This document shows positions 37,129 through 50,955 of a DNA stretch of 64,000 nt, in pieces. The first letter of the stretch is position 1. Each line of letters starts with the position of its first letter. The translations under genes were made by a program, and so were the position numbers. Under the pieces are notes generated by a model, which worked only from the letters and a program-made list of their open reading frames with translations, was not told where the DNA came from and ran no database searches. Origin of the DNA: Elsinoe ampelina (taxonomy: Eukaryota); contig ML992510.1 in NCBI GenBank assembly GCA_010093995.1, forward strand, positions 1,272,326 through 1,336,325, given 5' to 3'.

Positions 37129-38030
37129 CTAGGTGTAGGTGTACTTGGCGATGGTGATATCGGCCACGGTCCAAGTCTTTCCACCATCCTTTGTGACCAA
37201 GCTACCCTTGGAGTTGCCCAGCGAGAGAGTCCTCGAGTAGTTGGGATCGGCTACGTTCATGACCAGGGTAGTATTGACGTAGTGGTGTTCCGGGACTGTT
37301 CCACATTTGGCTTGTTGGCATTCCATCGCTGTACCCCATCCTGCTCCGGTGCCGCTTTCTATGATCACATCAGCTGAATCTCAACCGGAGCTTGGGCTGG
37401 GTCCTTACTTGTGGAGAGGGTGGACACAACCTTGCCATTGACCGAGACAGTCTGATCAATAGATGCGGTGGCGTCGTTGACCTTATCTGCAGTACAATCA
37501 GTGTCAAGCAGGCGCAGAAGGGAAGCAGCTCACAATCGTATGTAACACGATCACCAGGGTTCGCACGGTATGGCTTGCCATCATGTTGCTGGCCTATCGG
37601 GTATCAGTCACGGCCGTGGTTGTCATGTTCGATTGTGGTCATGGACATACCGTCGTAAGTACTAGCAACGACACACCATTTGACATCCGAGGCGGCAAAG
37701 TTGCAGGGTGAGCTAGACTGTCAGATGTGCTCAGGCTCTACGTTCATGCCATACTCACCCTTGGCCGACAGTAGAGATGGCGAGACCTTGAACGAGATGG
37801 CCGTCTGCTCCAGAGGTGAACTTTGTACCCATGCCAGGCCACAAGCCGAGGTTGCCGGTGTGTGGGCTGTTCAGCTCTGGAAGAACGAGCGTGGTGGTGG
37901 CCTGTCGGATGAATGAGTTTGTGGCGACAGCGCCAGTCGAGAAGAAGTTGCCGAAGCTGAAGTAGTTCTGGCGAGGAGCTACCACGGCGGCCGAGGCCAC
38001 CGGAGCCAGTACGACGAAGGAAGACCTCAT
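37129..38030 (-). CDS. Small secreted protein of unknown function, multi-exon
   Basis: Signal peptide MRSSFVVLAPVASAAVVAPR, then LGLWPGMGT, LVQGL and GWGTAMECQQAKCGTVPEHHY. Several GT-AG introns. Confidence 0.78.
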
Positions 38031-39057
38031 GGCTGCGTAAAGACTGACACAAGTTGGAGGAAGGATGAGTAGCACGACGTATCTGAAAGCGAGACAGTCG
38101 GCCAAAGAAGCCCTGGGAGAACATACCAGGTTATATACGGAGACACAGCTCTTCTTGAGACATGTCACCGTGCCGAAACAAGCAGGTAATACTATCCTTG
38201 TTACTGATGCTCCTACTCGAACCTTCTAGAGTACGCCTCCGTCTCAAGTCTAGTATGATCACACACGGCGGCGGGCTCGCTCGCTATGGATGACATGGAG
38301 CATCACTCTAAGGGATGGAGATCGAAATGTGCTGAGACGACGCTAACCCTCCGGACGAACCCTAGCGTGCGAATCTTGTTTAAGCTTACCAAAGCTTGGC
38401 CCTATACTTAATTACGTTCTGTGACAAAGGGTATATTGTCCGATAGGACCTAGCGAATAAAAGGACAAACATCTCTATAGTGTGTAAGTAGATTATAGTA
38501 ATAGAGTTAGTGTTTTAGCTAGTAGATTAGGCTTATAAGCTCTCTTAGAGTAAGACTAAACCTTTACTAACTTACTAAGCTATAAGTAATATAACTATTT
38601 ATTACTACTATATTTAAAGGTATTAATAGTATTCTATAGCTACTAATAATTTGCCTAAGGTTTTAATATTTTAATTAGTAATCTACTACTAGTCTAGACT
38701 ATATTAGGAATTATATAAGAATAGAATATACTAGAGAATATAGCTAGTTAAATATATAGCTAGCTAGCCTAGACTAATAGTAATAGATAATTATTCTTAT
38801 TAGATCTAGTATAGAGTACTTACTAAGATAGTATTATATTTTACTTATAATTCTATAAGAATAAGAAGACTATATATATAGTTATATTATACTAAGTAGT
38901 ACTATAAAGGTAATAAGACTTACTTAAGTAACTTTACTATAATAGAGTTTATACTTATATACCTTATTATACCTAGCTTCTTATCTATAAATAGATATAT
39001 ATTACTTAGTATTATCTATTATAAGTCGCTAGTGTTATTTATATAGTATATATATAC

Positions 39058-39522
39058 TATTACGAACTATCTAAATATAGCCTATATTAGTAGTTTAAGC
39101 TAAGCTAAGAACGAGGTAGTTCTACTTCTATAGTAGTATAGTACTAAGGTAAGAGTTAGAGAAGATATATCTTATAGATAATAAAGTACAATTAGATAGT
39201 ATTACAAAGGCTAGCCTTAGTAATACTAGTATTTACTATCTAGATAAGGTTAACTATAGTACTTATATAAGGTAAGAACTATTCCTATATATATATATTC
39301 TTTACTATATACTTTATATACTCTATATACTTCGTAGTAGAGCTACTAGAGAAGATAGAGTATATATCTACTAGTAATTCTATACGCTCTATAGTTTCTA
39401 AGGTAGAGCTACTAGAGAAGATAGAGAACTAGGTAAATATTAGGCTAAGTTATATAATAACCTTAGTAGTTTAATTAGTTCTAATATCTCTATACTCTAG
39501 CTTATTCTACTAGTTTATAATA
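39058..39522 (-). repeat. 3' LTR of element A
   Basis: Direct repeat of 45621-46085, differing mostly by transitions. Confidence 0.92.
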
Positions 39523-39596
39523 TTACTCTTCTCCTTTAATTAAGTTATTCTAATAAGTAAGTATTCTTCTTTATCTTTATATACTATATACTAAAT

Positions 39597-40150
39597 ATGC
39601 CTTCTAGTTATTAAAGGTATAGTAAATCTAGTATATCTATACGAAAGAATCTCTTAGAGTTTATTAAACTATTTAGAACTAATATACTATAGGCTTATTC
39701 TTATTACAAATTAAAGAGGCTAGACTATAAGGTCTATATTTAGTTAAGTATCTATAGCTAGTATATTATAAGTAACTACTTAAGTTATAATATTTAAGTA
39801 ATAAAATCGAAATAGTAGTATCTCTAGTCTAAGTATATTTATTTATAAAAGGAATTAGTTACGGCTAAGGCTACTAGAAAGAAAGCTAAAGAAGCTTATA
39901 AAAAGGTAAAAGAGGCTTATTAAAGAGCTATAAGTAATAAGCTTTACCTACGCGAAGTAATATAGAAACTAGAGAATAAGGTAGAGAAAGTAATTTCCTT
40001 AGAGGAAACTTGTATTTAAGTTCTAGAGTAAGAGGAAATACTATCGTTAGTAAATCTCGTCCTACTATAGAATTAGTAATTATTTATACCTAACTCCGAT
40101 TAGGGTTCCTTATTTAGCAATAATTAAGGTACTTCTATTAGCTAAGTAGT
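39597..40150 (+). pseudogene. RIPed antisense ORF of element A: Zn2Cys6-like motif plus coiled coil
   Basis: Intact ATG at 39597. TAT/TAC codons spaced x2-x6-x8-x2-x7 at 39696-39788, followed by a K/E/A-rich helical segment. 3' end approximate. Confidence 0.65.
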
Positions 40151-43100
40151 CTTCCTTAGGTATTTTTATTTTTATTTAGTATTAGTAGTATCTAGCCTAC
40201 CTAGTTAGTTTACTTAGAATAGGTTTTTAGTTTAGTAATCTAAGATTACTTACGAGGTAAGATATTTCTCTAGTTTCTATATTACCTTACTATACTAATG
40301 TTCTTTCTAGTAGATAAGATAGTAACGTTTTTCCCTTATAAATTTATAATATAAAACTCTTTTAATCTTATATTATAGCTCCTATATTTCTTTATCTAGT
40401 TCGATAGGTCTAAGTACTACGTCCTATAGTACTTTCTCTAATAGTAATATATAAAAGACTAAGTAGATCCTTATATATCTAGGTAGTTCTAGTTTATATA
40501 CGTTTTTGTTTTTCTTTTCTAGGATCTTAAAGAGTCCTAGTTTAGTATAGTTAAGTTTCTTACTTAGTTATTTTATTTTAATGTTTTTACTAAGGAGATA
40601 AACCTTCTCTCTCTCCTATAGAATTAGTTCTATAATTCTCTTCTAGTTAGTAAACTCTACTATTCTTTATAATATAAATACTATATCTTAGTATAGCTAG
40701 TTATATAACTTCTTAATATTAGCTACTAGTCTATTTATATCCTTAGATATTAGCTTAATTCTAAGTATATTATAGTATAGATCTAAGTATATTCTATAGT
40801 TTATATAGAATAGTAAAACTCTATTTGCTAACTTTCTATTATTAATAGTAAGCTCTATAAGTAGTAATAGTGTTACTTATAAGTCTTACTTATAGTTTAA
40901 ATAGTAGCGTAGGTACTACTCTAATACTTAATTTGCCTATTTAGTTTATCTATTCGTTTATAAGTAAAAGAAGGTTAATAGCTTATATTTAACTCCTAGT
41001 AGATCTATAAATAATTACTAGAATTATAATATAAATAGCTTATCTCTATTAGTTATTAGGTCTCGTAGTACTCTATATTATAAAATAATTATTTAAAGAA
41101 AGGTAAAGACTATATTCTTAGTAGTTACTATTGTCTTATATAGTATAAAATAGTAATACTTCGTAAATCTATCTACTAGAACTAGAATACTATTATACTT
41201 TATACTTATAAGGGGTTCTTCTAATAGTAATAGAGGTCCTATAAAGTCTATCGTAACTAATTACTATAGTTTATCTAGTAGTAGTAAAGGTTATAGTAGG
41301 CTATATAGTTTATGTCGAGAGTATTTAGACTTATAGTATATATTATATATAGCAATATACGTCTTAATATTGTTTTAAAGTCCTTTCTAGAGGTAGTTTT
41401 ATATAATAAGTTTAATAGTCTTATTAATTCTACTATATTCTATAGTTAGGTTATTATAGTATATTTAAATAATTTCTTTTTTCTATTCTTATATAAGCTT
41501 CTAGGTAAGGCTATATAACTACTCTACCTTTAGGTACTTATAGACTAAAGCGCTATTCTACTACTTTAGTATAGAGGCCTCTATTATTATTATATTTTTT
41601 AAGTAATCTAGCTAGTAGCTAAGAGTGTCTACTTCGCTATTCTCTAATTCCTTAATATAGTAGATCTAGAAGTTATAGCTTATAAGTGTTTCTAACTATT
41701 AAACCTATTATCTATTAAGAACCTTAGTTATTATCTAATATAGAAGGTTCTTATAGTCGGTATAGACTTATATAGGTAAGGTTATCTCTTCTAGGTATAC
41801 TTTTTATTTATAGAATACTTTTATAATTATAAGTAATTCCTTATCGTATATATCGTAGTTAAGTTTAGATCTAGTTATTTTTCGTAAGTAGTATATAATT
41901 AAGTAGTGTTATTCTTCTATATTCTTCTATACTAGATATACTTCTATTATAAAGTCTAAGGTATTTATTTCTAGTAGTGCTTATTAGTTTAGGTTAAAGA
42001 GTACTAGGATAGGTACTATTATAAGTCTAAGCTTTAGCTTCTTAAAGGCCTACTTATATCTCTTATTAAAGACAAAGCTAGTTTTCTTTTTCGTAAGGTT
42101 AAATATTAGTATAGCTACCTTAGAGAATTCTTTAATAAACTTATAGTAGTAGTTAAAGAACCCTAGTAGCGCTTAAATCTCCTTAACTATTATAGGTTCT
42201 AGCTAGTTATTTACTAACTTAATCTTTCTTAGATTAGGTCTAATACTATTAGTAGATATAATATAGCTTAGAAATTGTATCTTATACTTATAGAACTTAT
42301 ACTTAGAGAGTTTTACTAGTAGGTCTTTCTCTTTTAGTTTCTATAGTACTTTATAAATATGTTTTATATATTTATTATATATCTTTAAGAAAATAATAAT
42401 ATTATCTAAATATACTAAGATAAAGTTATTAAGGTATTCTTATAGAGTATTATTAATTAACTCTTAGAAGGTTATAGGAGCGTTAGTTAACCTAAAGGGT
42501 ATAATAAGGTACTTATATAGACTTTATTATATTCTAAAAGCTATTTTCTACTTCTTACTCTCCTTTATTTATACTTAATAATAAGCGTCTCTAATGTTAA
42601 TTATAGTAAACTATTTAGCTCTAAGTAGTTAGTCTTAAAGTTTGTTAATTCTTAGTAGAGAATAGTAATTCTTCCTAGTAAGTATATTAAGTTTCTAGTA
42701 ATTAATATATATTTATAATGTTTTATTCTTTTTTAGTATAAAAAGTACTTTATATATAATAGATAATTTTAATAGTTATATAAATTCTTTAAGTAAGTAC
42801 TTATTAATGTAGTTCTTAAGGACATTCTTCTCTTATTTTAATAGTAGTATAAGACCTTAATAGTGTATTAGGGATTTACTCTCTTCGAAAGGTATTTTAT
42901 AATTCTATAGTTTATATTAGAGTAAAGCTATAATACTTTCTCTTTCTTTAAATAAGTCCTTAAAGTCTTTATATTCTAGCGGAAGTACTTAATTACTTAC
43001 GCTAGTAATAGCTTTAACTATTAGTTATATCTATACTATTCTTATAGTTAGTATCTATAGAGCTAATTATACTTTCTATATTCTATAATTACACTTAGGG

Positions 43101-45620
43101 AATTTAAGTATTTCTTTAATCTAGTCTATATCTAGATTATATTATTAAAGCTAGTCTATACTAAGTACTATATTATACTATATATTAACTATATTAATTA
43201 ATTATTTTTCTATATATATTCTAATTCTAATTATAACGTTTTATAGTTCCTAAGTAACTTTTCTATTCTTTCCTATAGGAGTTCTATCTACTATAGTAAG
43301 TAGGTAAGGTAACTCCTTCTAATATTAATAAGGTTTAAGCTAATTAGTAACTATTATAGAGACGTAGCTATAGTTAGCCCTCGAATCTATTATTACTCTT
43401 ACCTTATTTCTCTATATCTAGACTTCTAGTATAAAGTAATTTAATATATAGATCTTTATTATATTAAGACTTTAGCTAGTATTATTGTCTTACCTTATTA
43501 AGTAATAACTAGCTAGTTTTTTATTATTATAGCGTCTTAGATAAGTAGTTAATCCCTTCCCGTATATATCTATTATTAATATTATACTTATTAGGCTAGT
43601 TATATCTTATTATTATTTAATATAGCAAGGTAGACTTCTAGTGCTTAAGTTCCTTAATAACTATAAAGTCTAATAATTCTCTATTAGTTATACTAAGTAG
43701 TGTCGTATACTTATATTAGTATAACTATTCTTTCTAGGTATAGCTAGGTATTAGTATTAAAGACAAGAATAAGTTATATAGATTTATCTTGTTATATTCT
43801 ATTCTAGTAGTAGATATATATTATTATATAATTCCTCTATATCCTTATAAGGTATACTTTAAGTCGTTTACCTAGTAGTAGTACGTTATTATTATTATTA
43901 TTATTAGATAAGTTCTTATCTATGTTATTATATTATAGTTATTTAGTATATTCTTTATTATATTTCTCTTTATCGCTACTACCTCTAGTATAGTTATAGT
44001 TAGTAAAGCTATACTAAGTATATTTTCTTACTTAGCTATAGGGAATAGTACTACCTATTTTAATTACTAAGAAGTCTATAGTATATTTAAGACTAATAGT
44101 ATCTTCTCTAAGTATATTATATAAGTAGATAGTATAGTACTATTTATAATTTAGATTTATAAATTTCTAGAGCGATATATAATATACCTTTCCTTATAGT
44201 TTACTATAAGAGCTAAAGGTAAGACTACTATATTATTATATAGTACTTATATTCTAATACTTTATCTTAATAATTATATATTAGTAATTATTACTAACTA
44301 CCTTCTAAGGTTAGTTAATATTACTACTAATTATAGAGAGCTCTTCTAGGTTAGGTTTCTAGTCTAGCTATTTTATTAGTTATCTATACTTAGATAGCTT
44401 ATATAGAAACTAACTAGATCCTTACTTGTCTAATAAGTAAATATAATAAGAGTTATTATAATATACTATCTATAATAGTGTTGTGTATTAGCTTTATTAT
44501 TCGCTATTAGTTATAGAAATATTAAGCGTAATATCCGGAGAGAATTCTATTACCTCTTAAGTTATTATAGACTTCTTTTATATTTCCTTATCTACGCTAA
44601 AGATTATTAAGTCTTCTATAGTAGTATTAGCCTTTTTCTCTACTAGCTCGGTAACTATTATATATAATCTATTAGCTAGCGCCTCTTATTAGTAGTCTCT
44701 AGCCTAATACCTAAGTCTTTTATACTTAAAATATAAATTGTCTTATTTATACTTCTCTTTCTCTTTTCTACTAAGAAACTTTCCTTTATAGCTATAGTCT
44801 TATACTTATAAGAGGTAGCCTTTATATATAGTATTAAGTTCTATAGAGTCTCTATAGTTTTAAGAGAAATATATATATCTAGTATTTACCTTATATCCTC
44901 TATAACGTTCTATATATCGTTTATAAAGTTAGTTATTAATAGTAATTATAGTGTCTACTAGTTCCTAAAGGCTATTAGACAGCTTAGATATTATTTAGTC
45001 TTTAACTAAGTTACTTAGTCCTTAATAGAATACTAAGTGTTTAGTACTATTATTCTAGTCTAGATATATTATAAGTTATTAGAACTAGAAATAGTACTAG
45101 GCTATAGACCTACGTTGTTATAGTTATTAAATCTTTATTATAGTAACATATTTCTTATTAGATATGTTAAAGACTTACTTAATCTTTACCTAGAAGATAC
45201 TAAAGCTCTTAAAGATAGCCTTTATATCTAGGCCTAGTTATCTATCTAGGTAGCTACTTATATAAGACTTAAACTACCTAAAGGTAGCGCCTTTAAGGTA
45301 TATTCTAGTATAGAGGACCTTTACTACGTTATTAGTATACTTATCTCTCTCTAGAGCGAAGAAAGCTTTAAGTTAAATAAGAAAGCGCCTTAAGTAAGTA
45401 TAGTCCCTATAGAAGAGTTTTACTTCTAACTTAGGCTTACTCTATTCTTTCTCTATACTAAGAGACTTTCTATATTTACTCGAGGTTAAACTAGTAGTAG
45501 ATATATTATTAATAGTAAGCTTTTCTAGCTTACTAGTAATTAAAGATACTAATAGTAACTTAGAGTAAGAGTTACTTATTAATCTTATAGCGTGCTATAC
45601 TATAGTAAGGATAGTTAAAA

Positions 45621-46085
45621 TATTATAAACTATCTAAATATAGCTTATATTAGTAGTTTAAGCTAAGCTAAGAATAAGGTAGTTCTACTTCTATAGTAGT
45701 ATAGTACTAAGGTAAGAGTTAGAGAAGGTATATCTTATAGATAATAAAGTACAATTAGATAGTATTACAAAGGCTAGCCTTAGTAATACTAGTATTTACT
45801 ATCTAGACAAGGTTAACTATAGTACTTATATAAGGTAAAGACTATTTCTATATATATATATTCTTTACTATATACTCTATATACTTTATATACTTCGTAG
45901 TAGAGCTACTAGAGAAGATAAAGTATATATCTACTAGTAATCCTATATACTCTATAGTTTCTAGAGTAGAGCTACTAGAGAAGATAAAGAACTAGGTAAA
46001 TATTAGACTAAGTTATATAATAACCTTAGTAGTTTAATTAGTCCTAACGTCTCTACGCTCTAGCTTATCCTACTAGTTTATAATA
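45621..46085 (-). repeat. 5' LTR of element A
   Basis: Direct repeat of 39058-39522. Confidence 0.92.
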
Positions 46086-49000
46086 TATATCTTATACTAC
46101 TCCTTTATAGTTTAGAAAATACTATTTACCTCTTCTTTTTTTACTAGATACTTCTTTCTAAAGTACTAAATTATTTAGTATACCTTAGCTACTTATTAGT
46201 AAGAAGCTTAATTATATTTATTTATTATTATATCTAAATATATTATTATAGGCTAAGATATAGATTATCTAATTTATAGCTATTATTATAAAGAAATATT
46301 AAAATATATAGATAGCTTTAAGAATAACTAATATAGTAATAAATATATATAATATAATAGACTAGTAGCTTTAATATAATAATAGTAATAAGGCTTAAGT
46401 ATTTCTACTTAATACTAGAAAGTAACTTATACTATAATATTAATAATTTTATCTAAGAACTATTTAATTTATAGTTAAAGTTCTATTAAGTATTACTTAT
46501 ATTTAGTTATATATATTAAAGACTATTTTAGCTTCTATAGAGATTTAAGAATATAGAGTTATATATAGTATATATATTTATAGTCTATAGTTGTTTTTAT
46601 AGTATAATATTATATTTATCTAGAATTAGTAACCTCTAGACACTATTTATCTTAGAATAAAGAGTAGATTCTAATAGTTTTACTAGAGGTAGAGTTAGAA
46701 AAGTACTTTAGATTCTAATAGGAATATTAACTTTTATTTCTTAGCCTAGGAGTTATTTTTTCTCTAGAATTTTTAGTTAGATTTAGTATCTACTCTAATA
46801 CTTTTATAATTCTTAGAATAAACTATATCTATTTAGTATTACTTCTAGGATTAAAGCTAGAATTTTTAAGAGTTACTTTAAAATTCTTTTAAAGTTTCTA
46901 GAAAATATAAAGTATAATAGCTTAGTAGCTTTACTTAGGTATATTAGAGTAGCTAGGAATATTAAAACACCTCTATAAATCTAGTATTACCTAGGTAAGC
47001 TAGTAGGTTTATAAGAAAACTATTTCTAAAAGACTTAACTTTTCTAAAAGTTAGTAAATATCTTAATTCTAGAAATAATAAATAACTCTATAGTATTTAG
47101 AATAACTATTTAGATACTTAGATCTTTAGGAAAGGCTAGGCACTTAGAATCTTAAATTAATAAGATAAATAGCTAGAGTCTTTAGTAGAAATACCTAAAT
47201 ATACTTCTTATTTTTATCTTTTTAACTATCTCTTAGTATTCTATAACTTTCTTTCTTTATTCTTTTAACTATCTCTTAGTATTCTATAACTTTCTTTCTT
47301 TATCTAGTCTTCTTAGAATAGCCTTAGAAAAATTTAATAGCTTCTTATAATACTTAATTAGAAGTTAGTAAGTAGATTATAAAAAGGAAAGTTAGAAAGT
47401 AATTTCTTATTATTTTAGTTATTATAGAGTATAGAGCTACTATTATAGATTTATTAACCTAAAGGTTTAGGCTATTATTTCTATTATATTACTTATTATT
47501 ATATTACCTTAGGTAATAATAAGCTTCTATAAGGAATTATTAGAAAAGATTTCTAGATTAATACTTAGTACTTAAGCTCTAAGTTAGTATATCTTAACTC
47601 TTTAGAAATTATATATCTAAACCTTTTATATACTATATTTTATATACTTATATACTTTATTATTATTATATTACTCTTTATTTTATATACTTAGCTACCT
47701 AGTATAACTTATAGATTATATATATCTTTTTATTTTACTTTTAGTTTTCTTTTTCTTTTTCTTATAAATACTACTTTAGTAAGTATACTTTATTAGAGCT
47801 AGGTCCTTATCTAGTTCTTTTAAGAGAGTTAAAGTAGCTAGAGATATTACTATAGAGATTAGATAGCCTTTAATTAGCTCTAGAAAGAACTAGCTTTATA
47901 ACTTATCTATAGCCTTTATAGCCTTTATAGCTTTTATAGAGTACTTTACTAGTAAGGTATAAATTTATCTAGAGTTTATTTACTTTAATAAGCTTAGTAG
48001 CCTAGAAAGAGATATATAAAGCTTTAGCTAGCCTATAGACTTTATCTCTACTACTTTAGCTCTACTAAGAGACTTTAGAAAAGAATCTTTAGTAAATATA
48101 AGCTTTCCTAAGAATCTTAACTAATTATAACTTCTAGTACTAGCTCTTTAGCCTCTTTTTAATTTTGTCTTATCTTTCTAAATAACTCCTAAGCCTAGTA
48201 CTTCTAGTAACTATTATAGCTTCTAAAGCTTAGTACTTTAGAACTTCTATTAATACTCTAAATACTACTAGTAATTAGATTATTAATCTAAATAATCTAT
48301 ATAAGTATTAAGTTTTTAATCTCTTTTAAACTTACTAATAATTTTAGACCTTACTTAGGTTTCTATAACTTTAGCCTTTACTTAGTAGGTCTAAGCTAAT
48401 CTTTAAAGACTTAATAAAGCCTAGCGTAAGACTCTAGACTCTTAAGTTAAACTCTTAATTAACTAGGACCTTTAGTATTTTAGTAAGCTCGACTCTAAGT
48501 TCTAGCTTAATTAGCCTATTATCCTAAGAACTTCTAGAACTACTATAAATCTCTCTAGATCTAATATTAACTACTTATCTTTCTTACTTATCTATAGTAC
48601 TAATAGGTATACTATTTACTTAGCTAGTTAGAAATATACTTCCTATACCTAGAGTAATAGTAAATATACTTCCTATATTACTATAAAGACTCTTAATAGC
48701 GCTATTCTCCTAAGAGGCTTCTATACTAACTATAGCTTCTAGAATAATTACTATAGCTATAGCTTATCTAGTAAGTATTTTTAACTTTTCTAAACGACTC
48801 TAACTAATATAAATTCTAAACTACTAGAGAGCTTTTAGATACTTATCTACTAACTAGACTCTTAAGTGTCTTAGGCCTTTTAGATTTATAAAGTATCTTA
48901 GAGGTCTCTTAACTAATAATAATACTACTAGAGAATTTCTAATTTAGGTTCCTAAGAATTCTAATTTCTCTAAGAGTTAAGACTCTCTAGAAAACTTTAT

Positions 49001-50437
49001 AGAGCTTCTAAATAATATTAAGACTTAGCTAGTAACTATAAAGGCTAGAGGTTATCTAGTAGAGAAGAAAGAGCTTTTAGATCTTAAAAGATCTAAGCTA
49101 GTCTATAATAAGTCCTAGGATTAATTAGAATTATATATAGCTTTAAGGCAATTTTAAAAGATATTAGAATTAAGTAGCTAGCTCTTTTAGTTTTTATAGA
49201 TATAAAGTAAGTAGGTAGCTTCTTAAGTTTTTATAGTTTTCCTAAGCGTTCTAAGGTTTATAATAGACTAGTAAGCTTCTAGGTTTTATAGCCTTAGACT
49301 TATCTTAGAAAATTTAACTAATAGTTAAGAAAATCTCTCTAGTATCTCTATAATTTATATTAATTCTAATAGCCTTCTAATCTATTTAAGGGTTCTAACC
49401 TTAGAATCTACCTATACTCTATATACTTTAAAGCTTAGTCTTAGTCTACTAAACTTCTAAACTCTATTAACTATTATAGGTTTCTTAAATTTTTTAGTAG
49501 AGTTCTAGAACTTAAAAATATCTTAGATAAGAACTACTAATATATATATAAGGTTACTAAAGTTCTAGATCTTCTAGTTTTATTTAGTTAGCTCTTATCT
49601 ACTATAGCTCTCTAGTAGGAAATATAAGTCTCTTCTTAACTATTCTAAGAGTATTTAGTAGAGAGAACTCTATTTAAGTACTTCTAGTAGTTTAAGGTAA
49701 TTATCTATATAGATTATAGATTTACTATAGTTCTAGATTAAGTTATCTTTTACCTAAAGAAGTATTACTCTTCCCTAGTAAAGGATAAATAATAAACTAT
49801 TATTAGTATTATAGGAGAGCTATAGGATTTAGTAAAGGAGAAATTAAATATTTAGTATCTCTATTCTATACCTAAAGCTATTCTAGAACTACCTATTTAA
49901 GGTCTAGAGTTTAAGTATATTTATAGAGATAATTATAAAGAATAGTATAACTATATTACTTAGTATATTAAAGTAATAAAATAGTATTATAGCTAAAAGT
50001 ATAGCTAGAAGAGTAATAAGTCTAAGGGAAAAAGTAAAGCTTAGAGAGTAAAGCTAAGAAGTAATAAGATCTAGATTAGTAATATCTAGAGTTAGAAATT
50101 CTTCTAGGATAAGGCTTAGTAGAAGTCTTTCTAGGTAGAGTATTCTAATATAAGAGAAAAGTAAAATAGAACTAATAGTAGAATTAATATATAGTTAAGA
50201 ATCTATTAGAACTCTCTTAGAAAGAGAAATAACTCTAAGATTATCTAGAGTCTAAGTAATAGATATAAGGTTAATCTTTAGCTAGAAATAACTAGCTAGC
50301 CTTAGTACCTTTTAGGATTTAAGTAGGTCTAGGTTCTATAGGCTATTACTTTACCTAGCTAGGATTTACTCTATTAGCTAAGTTAAACTCTAAGAGCTAG
50401 AATATCTTATAGTACTAGAATTAAGTATTAAGCTTAC

Positions 50438-50860
50438 TATTACGAACTGTCTAAACTAAGGTTATATAAGTAAGTCTTAGGTCGAGCTAAGAACGATATA
50501 TTCTACTTCTATAGTAGTATAGTACTAAGGTAAGAGTCGAAGAAGATATATCTTATAGATAATAAAGTACAATTAGATAGTATTATAAAGGCTAGCCTTA
50601 GTAATACTAGTGTTTACTATCTAGACGAGGTTAACTATAGTACTTATAGAAGGTAAGGACTACTTCCTATATACTATATACTTTTAGGTATATAGGTTTA
50701 GTAGTATTAGAGCACTAGTAGGGAGACTACTATCCTATAAACACTATAAACTACTTTCTATTTAGGATAGATTACGTAACTTGTCTATTCCTATCTTAGC
50801 GTAGGGCTAATTAGTTATTTATAACTTGTTCTATAGGTTCTCTAAGGGACCTTTATAATA
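50438..50860 (-). repeat. 3' LTR of element B
   Basis: Direct repeat of 56889-57311, followed by a pyrimidine run (PPT on the minus strand). Confidence 0.92.
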
Positions 50861-50955
50861 CTATTTCTCTTCTAGCTAGAGTTATCTTTAACATTTATAA
50901 CTACGCTACTCCCTAGGTTATTTTTCTTTCTTTTCTTTTTAGGCTATAGCTAACT

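Larger units (their letters stand above)
39058..46085 (-). mobile_element. Full-length RIPed Ty3/Gypsy chromovirus (element A)
   Basis: 465-bp LTRs at 39058-39522 and 45621-46085 (TATTA...TAATA, i.e. RIPed TGT...ACA). Flanks TATAC/TATAT fit a 5-bp TSD. Polypurine tract next to 39522. RT motif VYLDNIII (YLDD) at ~42400; integrase end and chromodomain (YLIY*K...*KLEKYL) at ~40260-40480. Confidence 0.92.
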
